This document shows positions 37,466 through 50,866 of a DNA stretch of 64,000 bases, in pieces (positions within the stretch are counted from its first letter, which is position 1; each line of letters begins with the position of its first letter). The position numbers and the translations under genes were made by a program. Source of the stretch: Amoebidium appalachense (lineage: Eukaryota; Protista; Ichthyosporea). The DNA lies in contig CAVNZM010000007.1 in NCBI GenBank assembly GCA_963693365.1, positions 8,429,962 through 8,493,961 on the forward strand. Reading direction: 5' to 3'. The notes under the pieces were generated by a model that searched no databases, was not told where the DNA came from, and worked only from the letters and a program-made list of their open reading frames with translations.

Positions 37466-38578
37466 ATGCTGCCTCAATCACTTGTGTCCTGGGTCATATT
37501 CTGTCTGGCTGCCCTCACAGTCGTTTCAACGGTGAGCTCAGCCCCCACCGCAACACAAACGCCTCCTCTCAATGTGACCATACAAGTCTACCGCCACGGG
37601 CGTGCTTGCTACAGCAGCAACATCGAACCTTGTATGAACCAGACAGCCCTGAAAACAAACCCCCTGTGCTATCAAAACCCAACCAACACACGTGACTCCA
37701 TCCTCACAGACTACGGTGTTAAGGCATCCAAAAACACGGCCAAGTGGCTGAAACGCGCTTGGGAAAAAGGGTTCACCAAACGTCCTGATGTTGTCTTTAC
37801 CTCTCCCCTGCTGCGCGCAACGGAGACCGGCTTCTACACTTTCCCCCAGCTCACCATCTATCAGGCTCCATACCTCGCCGAGTGCGATTACGGTGCAAGA
37901 ACCAACGACACGATCCGTCGCCTGCCAGGTGACCCTTCGGGGACACCCATTACTCCCGCAGAGCAGCTTGAAGCTCTAAGAATAGTTACGGACGATGAGG
38001 AGGACCTTGCACGCATCAACTATTCTTATGTTCAGCAGTGGGGTGACGTCAACTGTAGTGTGCCGGATTTCATCACCACGGGCGAGCCACGGTGTGTTGC
38101 TGGAACGTGGAAGACCTTTCTCGACTGGTTGGCAAATGTGCTCGTGCAAAACCCTCCGACCCCGGAGCTGGCGCAGAAGGTGTTGAACGGTGAAGATATT
38201 ACTGTTGCGGTGGTGACGCATGGAAACTACATTGGAGAGATGGTGTTTGAGAGAGACTACGAGGATTGGGACGGGGCTCTTAACAACCAAGGGTACCAGA
38301 TGGTTCACCTGCTCGATGTAGAGAAGAAAACTTTGACTCGGGCAGACGGCAAAGCGGGACCTTGGCCTGCCGCGTTTGGCGCTCCCGGGGCAACGAAGAT
38401 ATGTCAGGAGAGTAAGGGTGGGTTCCTGGTAATGAATGATGACTATGATGGTGTGATGGATTTTATCGGCCGATGCGTAAAGAGAGAGCCGGAGCTGTAC
38501 AGTAAAGAATTTGTAAATGCATGCTTTGGAAACTGGGCTGGCATGGTGGATGACCGCGATGATTACTGGAAGAACTGA
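37466..38578 (+). CDS. Secreted histidine phosphatase (phosphoglycerate mutase-like, branch 1), 370 aa
   Basis: Hydrophobic signal peptide; catalytic motifs VYRHG, LTDYG, VFTSPLLRATET, YLAE, VVTHG. Intronless; several NxT/S sequons. Confidence 0.9.
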   Translation: MLPQSLVSWVIFCLAALTVVSTVSSAPTATQTPPLNVTIQVYRHGRACYSSNIEPCMNQTALKTNPLCYQNPTNTRDSILTDYGVKASKNTAKWLKRAWEKGFTKRPDVVFTSPLLRATETGFYTFPQLTIYQAPYLAECDYGARTNDTIRRLPGDPSGTPITPAEQLEALRIVTDDEEDLARINYSYVQQWGDVNCSVPDFITTGEPRCVAGTWKTFLDWLANVLVQNPPTPELAQKVLNGEDITVAVVTHGNYIGEMVFERDYEDWDGALNNQGYQMVHLLDVEKKTLTRADGKAGPWPAAFGAPGATKICQESKGGFLVMNDDYDGVMDFIGRCVKREPELYSKEFVNACFGNWAGMVDDRDDYWKN

Positions 38579-39369
38579 GCGTATGTGCTGGTGGCAGGGT
38601 GTGTGTGTGTGTTGGGGGGGAGGGGAGGGAGGGGAGGGGGGGGGGGGGGGGGGGAGCTATGATGGTGTACTGTACGCTAGAAATCAAGGAAGATGGGTAC
38701 AGTGTGCTCAGTTAACATCTGAGCATATTCTGAAGAGAGGACACCTAGATTGGACTGAAGTGCGGCCCCTTTTATTATGGTTGAGATAGTGGGGTCCTTT
38801 CCCCCCCCCCCCTAAACTCCCCCAAAAAAGAAATTAAAAATAAAACGAAGGGTCTGTTGCCAACAGTCGTAATAGCTAGATTCAGCAACAATTTTTCGCT
38901 TTTTATGTGTCCGTGCAACACAATGTCATCCCGACTCTGTGCAAAATAGACAAGGGATCTCTTCCGGCTTGTGCCTGCTTTGTTATGAGTGTGAAAGGCA
39001 CTGATTGGCAACGTTTTTTTAATAATTTATGGGAGCCCGGCGCAAATATGCCAAGGAAACATTCAATTTCAGCACAAACCCACCATGGATTTGGAAGATC
39101 TGGCAGAGCCTGACGTATGAGTTTCACGTGTAAATATGCACACAGTCAACACGCACACAGTCACAAACAAACTTGGCGGACACGCTGTTTTTCAACGGTG
39201 CTCGGGGAACGCACACACAGGCGGCCTTGGTCACGTGCTAGCTTCAGGCTCTTCCCCACGCCCGCACTGTCTTATGCACGTGCGCACGCACGTGTACACG
39301 CACACACACATGCACACCCGCACGCCGGAACGCACACGCGCGTGCACAGACGCACCCGTACGCACGCAT

Positions 39370-39414
<45 letters not shown>

Positions 39415-39600
39415 AAGCCATACATGCACACGAGGGGCAGTGCTCCCACCGTTTCCCAAAATATAAACCGTATATACCATCCCAGTAAGTGCATCATAAG
39501 ATGTAGGCAAAACGTAATTATTGCCATCATCACGATGTTCACAGTATTGTCGCCAGAAATTAACAATGCACTGTAGAGGGGAAGAAGGCCGGTTTATTTT

Positions 39601-39751
39601 GTGCCACATCGTGCCTGTGGGTTATCCTTTACGGGAAATCTGATCATATAAGCCTAAACAAGTACTTAAGTAGGATTGTGTTTAAGACTGTTCAACGAAC
39701 ACCACACACAATGGTATTCATACACGTTCATGTATTTCACTATCTTTACCT

Positions 39752-39795
<44 letters not shown>

Positions 39796-40120
39796 CGCCC
39801 GCCCCACGCATGCACCTACCCAATGCACACAACACCCCCCATTCGGGCTAGTGTGAACACACATACACAGACACACGATAGCTAACAAAACCACAATTCT
39901 GCCAAAAATCCCAAAACAATCCAGAACTAAATCATAATCCTTCACAGATGATCTCACACGGATACAGTTTCGTGCCACATCGTGCCTGTGGGTTATTCTA
40001 CGGGGAATCTGATAATATAAACCTAAACAAGTACTTAAGTAGGATTGTGTTTAAGACTGTCGAACGAACACCACACACAATGGTATTCATACACGTTCAT
40101 GTATTTCACTATCTTTACCA

Positions 40121-40168
<48 letters not shown>

Positions 40169-40346
40169 CGCCCGCCCCACGCATGCACCTACCCAATGCA
40201 CATAACACCCCTCATTCGGGCTAGTGTGAACACACACACACACAGACACACGATAGCTAACAAAACCACAATTCTGCCAAAAATCCCAAAACAATCCAGA
40301 ACTAAATCATAATCCTTCACAGATGATCTCACACGGATACAGTTTC
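39601..40346. repeat. Tandem duplication of a ~371-375-bp unit downstream of the transporter stop codon
   Basis: gtgccacatcgtgcctgtgggttat…cacacggatacagtttc at 39601-39971 and 39972-40346. Few differences; each unit has a central C-run. Confidence 0.93.
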
Positions 40347-40451
40347 GCTCATACCACACCCACACCGACACCTACGTGAAAATACAAGTTTCTAATCCAT
40401 TATGATACATGAAAAATGTAATTGATACCATACTTTCCAATCAACACGCTA

Positions 40452-41037
40452 TCATGCCTCAGGCTTGAAAGTATCATACGCCACCATAACCATAGTACAC
40501 ACACCAAAAGCAGCCACCACCCACATACAAGCACGAACAGCCATATCAAACCTCTCCAACTTAGGTCCAAGTCTCAACCAACACAACGCCGGAAGCAATG
40601 TTGAGATAGCAATCCCTGCCACGCCTCCAACAAACGCAAACACTTTACCCAAATCCGTAAGGTTATCCGCAACCACAAACCCAATCACCAACAAAACGAG
40701 AGTGACAATAGAGTGCACAATGTTGCGCGCACGTGCGTTATCCGGCATTGTCAAAACATACTCGGGGTATCTCAGTTGGATAAGGGACAGAATGGCGACA
40801 CGGGGCATGTAGAGGCTGTATGCTATGTTAAGAATGATGTTGAGGGAAAGGAGCACACGGAGAACCACAGCAACAGGCTCCGAGCGTGCGTAGCTGTCTA
40901 GAATGTTGGCCTGCACATAAAACCAATAACGTGTTAGTCCTTGCCATCCATCCAGCCCCAGCAGCCCCTCCCCTCCCCCCCCCCCCTCCCCCCTTTTCTC
41001 CCCCCCCCCCCCTTCCCCCCCTTCTCCCCTCCCCCCT

Positions 41038-41071
<34 letters not shown>

Positions 41072-41206
41072 ACAAAAAAAACCAAAAAAAGAAAAACAAA
41101 CCAAAAAAACCGGGGAAAAAAAAACAAAAAACACCACCACCCTCACCACAGCCCCCACAAAATACTGACACGAGCCCATGCACGATTGTACTCGTGTCTC
41201 TGCCCA

Positions 41207-41237
<31 letters not shown>

Positions 41238-42246
41238 TTGTATTCGATCACATCCATAGATATGCAAGACACCCATTTGACCAAGTTCAACTAACCAACC
41301 CCCCCCCCCCCCCCCCCAACTCAAACCAGATACTAAAGACACACTTCAACACACAACAAGAGTACAGACTCACACCCCCTGCATGCATGCACACACGCAC
41401 ACACACACGCACACACGCACACACGCACAAACACACCCACACACCGCCCACCCACCCACGACACGAGGCGCAAGCACGAACATACAAATCACTTCAACAT
41501 TCACACGTACCTCCGTAGCATCTCCAAAGACCAGCCAAGCCGCCACAGACATCACGGCCATTATAGCCATAGGCACATAGCACGACAGGCCGGCAACCAC
41601 CCCATACCGCTTCATCGTGTTTCTTTCCAGCGTGGTGGATATGTGATATGCCAGATCGTGACATGCGTATAAGTACGCCATGCCCCCCATACCCTCCAAC
41701 ATCCCCTTGGGCCGAAACACGTCGAGTGAACCGGCGGGTTTTGGGTGGTCCGGTCCGAGCATGTGCATGGCTGCGTGGATGCACACACCAAACACAATGG
41801 TGATTGCTATGCAAACGCTGATTGTGGAAATAATATTGAACGAATCCATGTGTTTTTTGAACGCCAGAGGAGAGAGGACAATGATCGAGACGAGAAGGAT
41901 GTACGTGCGCTCGAATATGGCGTGCTGGCCAAATAGAAATACGAGAATGTCGGGGAGCATGCCTGTGGGGACATCCGAATTAGTTAGAGCAGAGAGATGT
42001 TTTGTTTGTGATTATGGGAGGAAGAGAGGTTACAAAGGGGAGGGAGGGAGGGAGGAGGGCGAGGAGGGGCGAGTGGGGGGGCAGGGGGAGGGCGGGGAGG
42101 GAGGGAGGGAGGGGGGAGGTGTGCACATATGGGGGGAAATATGGGATCACCCGAAAGCTCAATAGGTAGTGGGTGTGCCTGTATGAAACACAAGGGGGGA
42201 AGTGCTGCTGTGGTGATGGTGGTTGGGGGTGGGATGGGGGGGGGAT

Positions 42247-42280
<34 letters not shown>

Positions 42281-42779
42281 GGAGGGAGAGAGAGAGAGTG
42301 AGGGAGAAAGAGAGAGAGAGCTAGATAGAACGAGGGGTAGGAGGGGGAGGGGGGGGTCGTGTGCATACAAGTGCACACCTGCGTGTGCACGGAGAAAGTG
42401 TTTGGTGTAAATGATGGTGTGTAAGCTAATGAGAAGTCACGCACGGGGTGCCCCGGTGGGGGGGGGGGGGGGGAGGGGGGGGGGGGGGGGGGGGGGGTCA
42501 AGCACAGACATTCTGAAATGTGGGTGTGTGCGTTCATGTGTGTGTGCACGCATGTGTGTGCGTGTGTGTGTGTGTGTGTGTGAGGCGGGGAAGGAGAGGG
42601 AGGGGGCGGGTGAGCACAGCCTTTGGTTGTTGTTGGGTGTGTGGTTGCCTTTGGTTGTTGTTGGGTGTGTGGTTGCGGGAAGCAGAGTACGAAAGCGGTA
42701 TGGGAATAGACGAAAACATCACAAGAGACAGTTTCGAGTCTCCACCTCCATGCCCCCTCCTCCTCTCTCTCTGCCCTGC

Positions 42780-42835
<56 letters not shown>

Positions 42836-42999
42836 CTCTCTCTCTATGTCAACTAGAAAGTTCTCTACCCACCACTCCCCACAAATATCTCTTTCCTCCC
42901 TCCCTCCCTCTCTCTCACTCTCTCTCACTCTCTCTCTCTCTGTGTGTGTCTGGATCTCTATTCCCTGACAGCCCCCCTTCCCCCCCCCCCAAAAAAAAA

Positions 43000-43030
<31 letters not shown>

Positions 43031-43463
43031 CACACATGCACAATCACCAACCCCACGCAAACACGGGACACCTACCAGCCAGCATCATCAAACCACCGAT
43101 GAACGTAGCGCCATAGTTGAACACAAATATGGCCGCAGCAGCAATCAGGTACCCGGGCATACCAAACGCCAGATAGCATGTCTCACAGAAACTGTTCAGA
43201 CTCCGCTCAAGTGTCAACCGGTGAAGAACCATGAGCATGGCGTGACCCAGAGCAGCAAGGAAAAACAACATGAAAAGACCCATCGGAAGGCCCGAAATAA
43301 CAACGTAGTAGGGAATGGTAACAATGGATGCTGTAGCTATGTCGTTAACCAGATTGAAGAACCCGAAGAAGAGGGACATTTGGTAGGGGTGGATGGGGCC
43401 TTCCTCTTCAGAGTCGGTGTCTTTGGAGGTAAGGAGGTCCTCTCCTGACACGTTCTGTGTGTG

Positions 43464-43504
<41 letters not shown>

Positions 43505-43917
43505 TGTGTGTGTGAGAGGGGGGGACGTGCTTGTGTTTGCGCGGGTGTGTGGGTAGGTGTGTGCGCATGTGTGTGCGTGTGCTTGCCTGTATGTGCTTGT
43601 ATGCTTGTATGTGTGTTGAGTGTGTGCATGTGTATTGTGTGAGTGTGTGCATGCGTGCAAAATAGTGAACGAGTCAATAAGTGCGCGCGGGTATGCATGT
43701 GCGCTTGGGTGAGTGGGTACGGGGGTAGCATGCGTCACAGTGCATGAATTATACATTTCTGACGGACAACACAAGGGGGGAGGGGGGGGTTTTGAATGCG
43801 TCAAAAAGTACGAAGTACACAAGAACAAACGGATAACACGATGCAGAATGCAAGCCATACATAAAGAGTATGCATAATAAGCAGAGCCCATCCTCAGGGG
43901 GGGGCCCACGTCATCCA

Positions 43918-43957
<40 letters not shown>

Positions 43958-44963
43958 GGGGGGGAGGAGGAGGGGAAACAAGGCAACCACTTCATCCACC
44001 TTCTTCAACAAGAAATCCCCTCAGTCCCCATTTGGAACAAAAAATCCCCCCCCACCCCCCCCCCCCCCATTATTTCCCGCATCCATGTGCAATCAGTCCC
44101 ACCACATTACTCTCCCTTCGCCACAGCCGCAATGACACCACAACATGCACACCCCCCCCTTCCCCCCCCCCCCCCACACACACCTCTCGTCCGCTCCCCC
44201 CCCCCCCCCCCCCCCCCCCCCCAAACACACATACAACAAAAAATAGAACAAAACACAATTTCTCTCCCATTTCTCTGACACCGCTTTGAAATCATCCCTT
44301 CCCCGTTTACACCCTACCGATAACCAATCTTGGTACACGACACACACGATGCCCCTGGCCATGCACACAGTGAATCACTACACACACCTTATCACTGATT
44401 GCACCGTAGCCCAACATGTCTGATGCACTGGTGCGCCGCGGTCTGGCTTTGCTGTTGCTGCGTGAGCGGCTCCTGAAATGCGGAGGGAAAAAATATCAGT
44501 ACACGAAGATGCAAGATGTGATTCACTCTGTTAATATCTAATGGAAATGAAAATGTGATCAGTCAATAAAAAAGTAGTTAGTGAAATGGTGAGCTTATGC
44601 TCTTTACTGCAAAGATGGTGATGAACTAATCCTAGTCAGCAACAACGTAATCAATTCATACTGATCAACTCAAAAAAAGTGTTTATAAAACTAAAAAAAA
44701 GTAAGAATAATGATGAAATAAGTAGTAGATGAATTTAGATAGAGTAACACCGTGCTCTTGGGACTCGCGCCACACACATCCACAAACCCACACATGGACA
44801 CACACACATCCACACACACAGACGGATCCTCAATCATGTGCAATGCACACAGGATCACTGCACAGGCCTAATATAAATGCATTTGGAGGGATAGAGGCGG
44901 TGGGTCATAACACAATTCACAGTACAAATCACAATGATAAACACCAAGGAGGAAAGGGGCCCA

Positions 44964-45002
<39 letters not shown>

Positions 45003-46053
45003 GTTAGAATAGGTTACAGAGTACACGTCACTGACAGCACAACACAAGGCAGATTCTGCAGGAGGGGCAATACACGGAGTGCAATCTTACTTTCTTTATT
45101 TCTTTCTTTCTTTGTCTATCTTTATTTCTTTTCTTTTCTTTTTCTTTCTTTCTTTCTTTCTTTCTTTTTTTTTTTTTTTTTTTTTTTTTTGGGGGGGGGG
45201 GGGGGGGGAGGGAGGAGAAGAGTCCACCTACCGCCTGACTTTGCCAGCTGAAGAAGAAGAGATGTGGCGACTGCGGGCGCCCTCGCCCCCCTCGTGGCTT
45301 GACCGGCGGGAAAACGTGCCTGTCCCCTCGTCCCCTGATGTGTCATCTGCAATCCAGCCCAGTGCCGCCTGTGTGCCCATTCCCTGTAAGTGCCATTACA
45401 CACACGCACTGCCTTGCTTATTGCCTCAAGAACCCCCCCCCCCCCCCCCCCCCCCCCCCGTTTCTCTCCGCCTGATCCCACCCCACACACCCACCACCTA
45501 CCCCATCCGGGATAAGAATCCTTTTGTGACAACTCTAATGCATTCCTCATCTCTCATTCCCTCTCCTTTTTGAGTCAGTGGCACCCCGGGGAGAAGGGGA
45601 GGGGGAGGGGGGGGGGGGGGGGGTTTATCGCATAATTCTACCAGCAAATGTTTACAAAATAACAGCGCCAGATGGTAAGTGCAGATGGCAACTTCAATTC
45701 GCACAGTATTGTAGCTAACTTTTTTCTCACAGGCCTCAACCAAGTGCCGTGTGGTCGCCCATACTGCATTTGGTAACGGACCTTTGAATAGCCTTTTAAA
45801 ATCCCCTCCACCCTCCCCCCCCCCCCCCCCCCCCCCCCCCCTCCCCCCCACACACTCGTCCTTTCCCCTTCCCTTCCTTCCCATGCCCATCTTTTCACCT
45901 CTCCCTTGCCACCAGACAACCACAAAGAAGACTGTCCGACACATGGATTCAGTCTTACTCCCCCCACTCCCCCCTCCCCCCCACACGTTTTCCCTTAAGT
46001 ATATTTCTGCCACGACTTCATCAGCCAACTAAGTACTGTACACCTCATGGCAA

Positions 46054-46086
<33 letters not shown>

Positions 46087-47663
46087 GAAAAAGGGGGGTT
46101 TCACAAAGTCCAACTTACGTGAAACTCTGGTTCGTGCACCATTTCCTCTAGTCGCTCTATAGCGCTCCTCCTCCGATGATCTGGTGGGGTTGAAAAAGTG
46201 TAAGTAAGAAGAACACCAAACTTAAGACTCTTGAATAGCGCTCTTTGAAATACTAATATTCTACCCACAAGGATCTCAGAGACTTCCCTCACAGAAGCCC
46301 ACGTCCAGGAGGGTTAGGAATGCCTGCAAAGGCGCCTAGTATTCAACCAGGCTGCAATACCCTGTCCTAGAGTAAATTGTTTGATAATTTTCAGCTACGT
46401 TTCAACCCTTACCAGTGCTAAAACTGCGTTTTGGTGGGCTGGATATCATTACCGGATTTTGATCACGGGCGTGAATACTGCAACCGAGATTCTAATACGG
46501 CAGGGTGTGCTCATACGCAAACGTGAGAATGCAGTGGTGTGTCAGAAGCTGGCAACATGTACACAATACACGAGCCCGTGAAGTGGTGCTTGCACGCAGG
46601 TGTCCACCACTGTGTATAAATGCACGAGAGTGCATGTATAGACTCACTGAGAAAGCGCCTGTCTGAATGTGTATGCGTTGAGCCCCCTATTACGTAGTTG
46701 TGTAAGTGAGTGTTTTGTGTGCAAACTGTACACACACACATGGATGTGTGTCGGAGCTGGCGTGTGTGTTCTATTAGGCTTCAAAGTGTGTAGATCCTGC
46801 CCGTGCGTGTTTCGCGTGGGAGGTATGCACACATGTGTATGTGCGCGCGCGCGCGCGGCGCGCTCGTGCGCGTGTGTGCGCGTGTGTGTGTGTGTACCCC
46901 TGTGTGCATACACCCATTCAGAAGGTTCAAGTGCACAAATTAGCAAAGCGTGTGTGTGTTACACCTTACACATTATAACACAACCTGTGCTACGATTATC
47001 CACGACTATGTATCGCAGGTCCAGCCTTGATGGCTTAGAAGATCTTACACACCACCGTATATTCTGATAACCATGAAAAACAGGACGTGCTAACAAGTGC
47101 TTCAAGGGAAAGGGAAGAGGGATTTAGCTACAATAGCACAAGGAACACGTACCCAAATCGTTCAGGTGATCTCCATAGTGTTTATGTGTGTCTCTGTACG
47201 AGCTTGCAAGATGCCCGTGTCCAGCGTCGTGTGAATGGCTTACGAGGTTTCCTTGTTCCGTTTCTTCGTCTGGCTTATCGATCGTCACTCGTGGCGGTGT
47301 TTCTTCGTCCTCTTCATCATCATGCAAAACACCTGTTTCTTCTGCTGTGGATATTAGCGCATCCACTAAGCCCCCCTCCTCCATGTGTGTGTGTGACTCC
47401 ATAGCGAGAGCCAGAATAAGAAGTTCTCGTTGTTCGTTTACTGGAGGCATTGCTTCAAGAAGCAGCTCCGGGTGGTCATGTTCAGTCCCATCCATTTCCA
47501 ACTCGTCTGATTGCGAACTGCCTTCTGCTGCGCTCTGCTCGTTTGAGCGTTGGGCATAAGACCGAATCTCTGTGTGTGCGTCGAAAGAAACATGCCCTGT
47601 TTGCTCGGAACCGAGGGGTGACTCAGGGGCGCGCGCCCCGTTCTGACCCCTTGGCGTGCTCAT
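40452..47663 (-). CDS. AAAP/SLC38-like (Aa_trans) amino-acid transporter with a long cytosolic N-terminus
   Basis: Exons 47663-47153, 46180-46119, 45383-45232, 44472-44388, 43454-43076, 41962-41511, 40910-40452; all GT-AG and phase-consistent. Motifs FNLVNDIATASIVTIPY, YLYACH, ANILDSY, VGGVAG…LLP; multiple hydrophobic segments. Confidence 0.88.
43790..43915 (-). mobile_element. Subfamily-A copy of the poly(C)-anchored family
   Basis: Reverse complement reads gatgacgtgggccc…ctgaggatgggctctgcttattatgcatactc…gacgcattcaaaa followed by a C-run; in transporter intron 4. Confidence 0.88.
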
Positions 47664-48489
47664 TTTTGTAATTGTCTAATCTTTATGGTGGGTACACCCA
47701 GTTTGGAGCAACGACTCTATTGTGTGCTCCTGTGTGAAAAAACCTGCTAGGTCATCTGAGGGAGGTGTCCTGCAACTTTAGTGAAGCTATCGCTAGTGCC
47801 TGACCAAGCATGCTGCCATGCTTGCAGCACTTAAACACCACGCCGTGTGTTTCGTTTTTGCCGTCAAAAACAAACATCCAGGACACCGTGTGTACTGCGA
47901 TCCAACCGTTTAAAGCGAAAAAAACATGAACTGTGCGAGGGTGCTATTTTTCACAGATACGTGGGCAAAACTGAGTTGGTTGAAGGGCGTGATGCTGTTG
48001 TCTGATGTACCATAGTGGATCTCTGGCCTGAAGAATTGGGGGTCTTACAATGCCGTGAAATTCATGATTAGAAAAAAAGACAAATGGCTGCTAGTTTTTT
48101 TTTATATGTAAAACGTAAATTATATTCAATTTTTATAATATTTATATAGAATTAAGGAATTTTTTGGCTCTATAAACTGCTATATTAGGTTGATAGTATA
48201 CTATAGAGCATATGATAATATACTGTGTTAGCTGAAAGTTGATGAGCGCCACCGCTGAAAGTGTAGGTTGAGTTGGAGAAATCCAAACATTCAAAAAGCG
48301 CCGGATCATTGGTCTATAAAAATAATAAACGTAGTAAGCGTGAAGACGATGGCGTCACGGAAGCTCAACTGAAGTTCACTGAAAAAGAAAGCAGGGTGCA
48401 AATAGCCGTCAAATAAAAAAGGAAAAATTCATATATCAGCATTATGGTACTGTATAAGTACTTTTTCTCGATACAATTCAGAATTTTTT

Positions 48490-48825
48490 ATGCTGACAAC
48501 CGACTTGCACTTCGCAGCGTCTTCGCTGAGCAGGTGAGCACAGTTTGTATTCATGCAGGAATCTGAAGCGGAATTTCCGGCCGCGGCTGAGCCGATTACT
48601 CAATCAGGCTTTCCAGGCTGTTACAAGCGCAGAGGCTCGGAGTTTTGGCTTTATGTTTCTCATATAAGCTGCCTGTAGGTTTTTTTCCCCCCCCAAGCGA
48701 CTGTATATTTCAGGGTTGATAGTCCCTCAACGTAGGGTGGATATATTGACCGCGAGTGGTTGGAGCTGAAGAGCAACAGAGAGGACAGAGAACTGCTGAA
48801 GTGGTGTGACCCGAATACTTCTGAG
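48490..48825 (+). other. Probable 5'-UTR exons of EXOC2
   Basis: AG|GTGAGC donors at ~48533 and ~48825, an acceptor TTTCAG at ~48713, and a downstream acceptor CCAACAG (50849) just before the EXOC2 ATG. No long ORF. Confidence 0.4.
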
Positions 48826-49705
48826 GTGAGCTATAAGTAACTTCTCCCTCACAGTTCGAGGGGAGAGAAGGAAATGAAGGGGTTATGGAGCTAGATGGTG
48901 AGGGAAGGCAATGACGCGTGTCGTTTTTTAATTAGAACGGCCCCGATGTCACACCTGTGGGCACCCATCCGGAGAAAAGTAAGGAGATTGGGAGGGTGAA
49001 TCAGCTAGCAGCAAGCGTGCTGCTTTGAGAGCTGCTTTTATAAGCAAAGGATACGGCGATGGGTTGCATTAGAGACAAGAAATTGACTGGTAAAGGCAAC
49101 CGAAACTTATAGGATACAAGATAGGGGCCAGAAAGAGGAATAGTCAGCACGATGAGCCCGTTTTAGAAAAGTACCGGGGGACTAGGATGGGGGAGAAGGG
49201 AGAGGGGATAAAGAACTACAAGAGCAGGCACAGAAGGGAAAGCGAAAAGCAATAGGGGAGGGAATTTTGATGAAGGCCAGATTCTTTTTTTTGAAACCAG
49301 CGCTGGAAAACAAATGTGTACGTGAGGGAGGTGTGTGTGTGTGGGGGGGGAGGGACGGAGGAAACCGGAAAGGTGGGTGGATGGGTGGGTGGGTGGGTGG
49401 GTGGGGAAGGGGGGGGGGGGGGGGGAGGGGGGGGAAGGGGGGGGAGGGGAGGGGAAGGGGGCCAAGAGGATTGAGAGGTTGAAGGTGGAGCGCAAGGGTG
49501 CAGTTAGAATACGGTTGGTCTCACCAGAGTTGAAAAGTGGCACTGTTAGCCTGTTGACTAGGGAGGGTTAGAAAGGCTGAACACCGTCTGCTTTAGCGTG
49601 TATGTGCGCAACGCAGGCATCTGTTGGTAGTGATGGTGGCATTCCCAAAAAAGAACGGGGAGAATGCCGAGGGCAGAAAGGGGGGGGGGGAGGGTGGTTT
49701 GTGTC

Positions 49706-49727
<22 letters not shown>

Positions 49728-49795
<68 letters not shown>
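49728..49795. repeat. (AT)n microsatellite in a compound (CT)n-(AT)n-(GT)n block
   Basis: Directly visible in the sequence. Confidence 0.9.
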
Positions 49796-49797
<2 letters not shown>

Positions 49798-49942
49798 GTG
49801 TGTGTGTGTGCGTAGGAGGGGGAGGGGCGAGGAAGAGGGAGGGAGGGAGGGAGGGAGGGAGGGAGGGATGGAGGGAGGGAGGGAGAGAGAGAGAGACCCT
49901 GAGGGAGGGAGGGAGGGAGGAAGGGTGCGGGAGAGAGCGAGG

Positions 49943-49975
<33 letters not shown>

Positions 49976-50866
49976 TGAAGGGGGGGTGGGAGGGGGTGTG
50001 GAAGAGGGAGGGAGGGACGGAGGGAGAAAAGGTTGGGGGGGAGAGGGAGGGGGGGGTGGTTGGGGGGAGGGTGGGCGGTGGGGGGGGGAGGGGGAGAGAG
50101 AGAGAGCGAAAGAGGAAGGGAAAGGGTGGGGAAGGGGAGCGAGGGAGCGAGGGCAAGAGTGTGGCTGGATGGGAGGGAGGGAGAAGAGAGATAGCTAGTG
50201 GCAGCACCATGAGTTTTAGTGCCCAATATCTCCCAAGAAATAATGGAGACAGTGGTTGCTGGACGGGAAGACACAAAACATGAAGAAGAGGAAGCAAGGC
50301 GTTCTTTCCACTCCCGGGAGAATGGGGGGGAGGGGGGGGGGGGGGGAGGGGGGGGAGAAAGGAGAGGGGAGGGGGGAGGTTGGGTATGCGGCCGGGGGGG
50401 TTGGTATTGCACGAATACATAAAGAAGCAGATATGGAGGAAGCACAAGAGAGGCGACACCCTGCATGGCTGAATGAAGGGAAAGGGTAAAGGCAGGGGCT
50501 GGGGGGAGGAAAAGGCAGACGAGAGGGGATGTGAGGAGGGGAAAAATGCAATCAGGGAAATGCAATGGAAGGTTGCTTGACATAAAATTCTATTGTGCGA
50601 TTAAAGAGAAAGAGAGGTAGTAAATGAAAGAGAGGGAATGAACATACAAGATCTGCATGTAGGCAAAATAAAAAAGAATTTAAACACGGGGAAAAAACAT
50701 TTTGGGGATTTCTCTCCTTCATGGATTCGTGGTTACCTTCTGCTTCCCATCAAACCATTTGACTAGGCCCTGCAAGAACAAAAAATAGAACGAATAAATG
50801 CCCGTTTTGGCCGTAAGGTATTAGTTGTTAAAGTGTTTTCTGCCAACAGGGGGAGAGGCACCAGGA

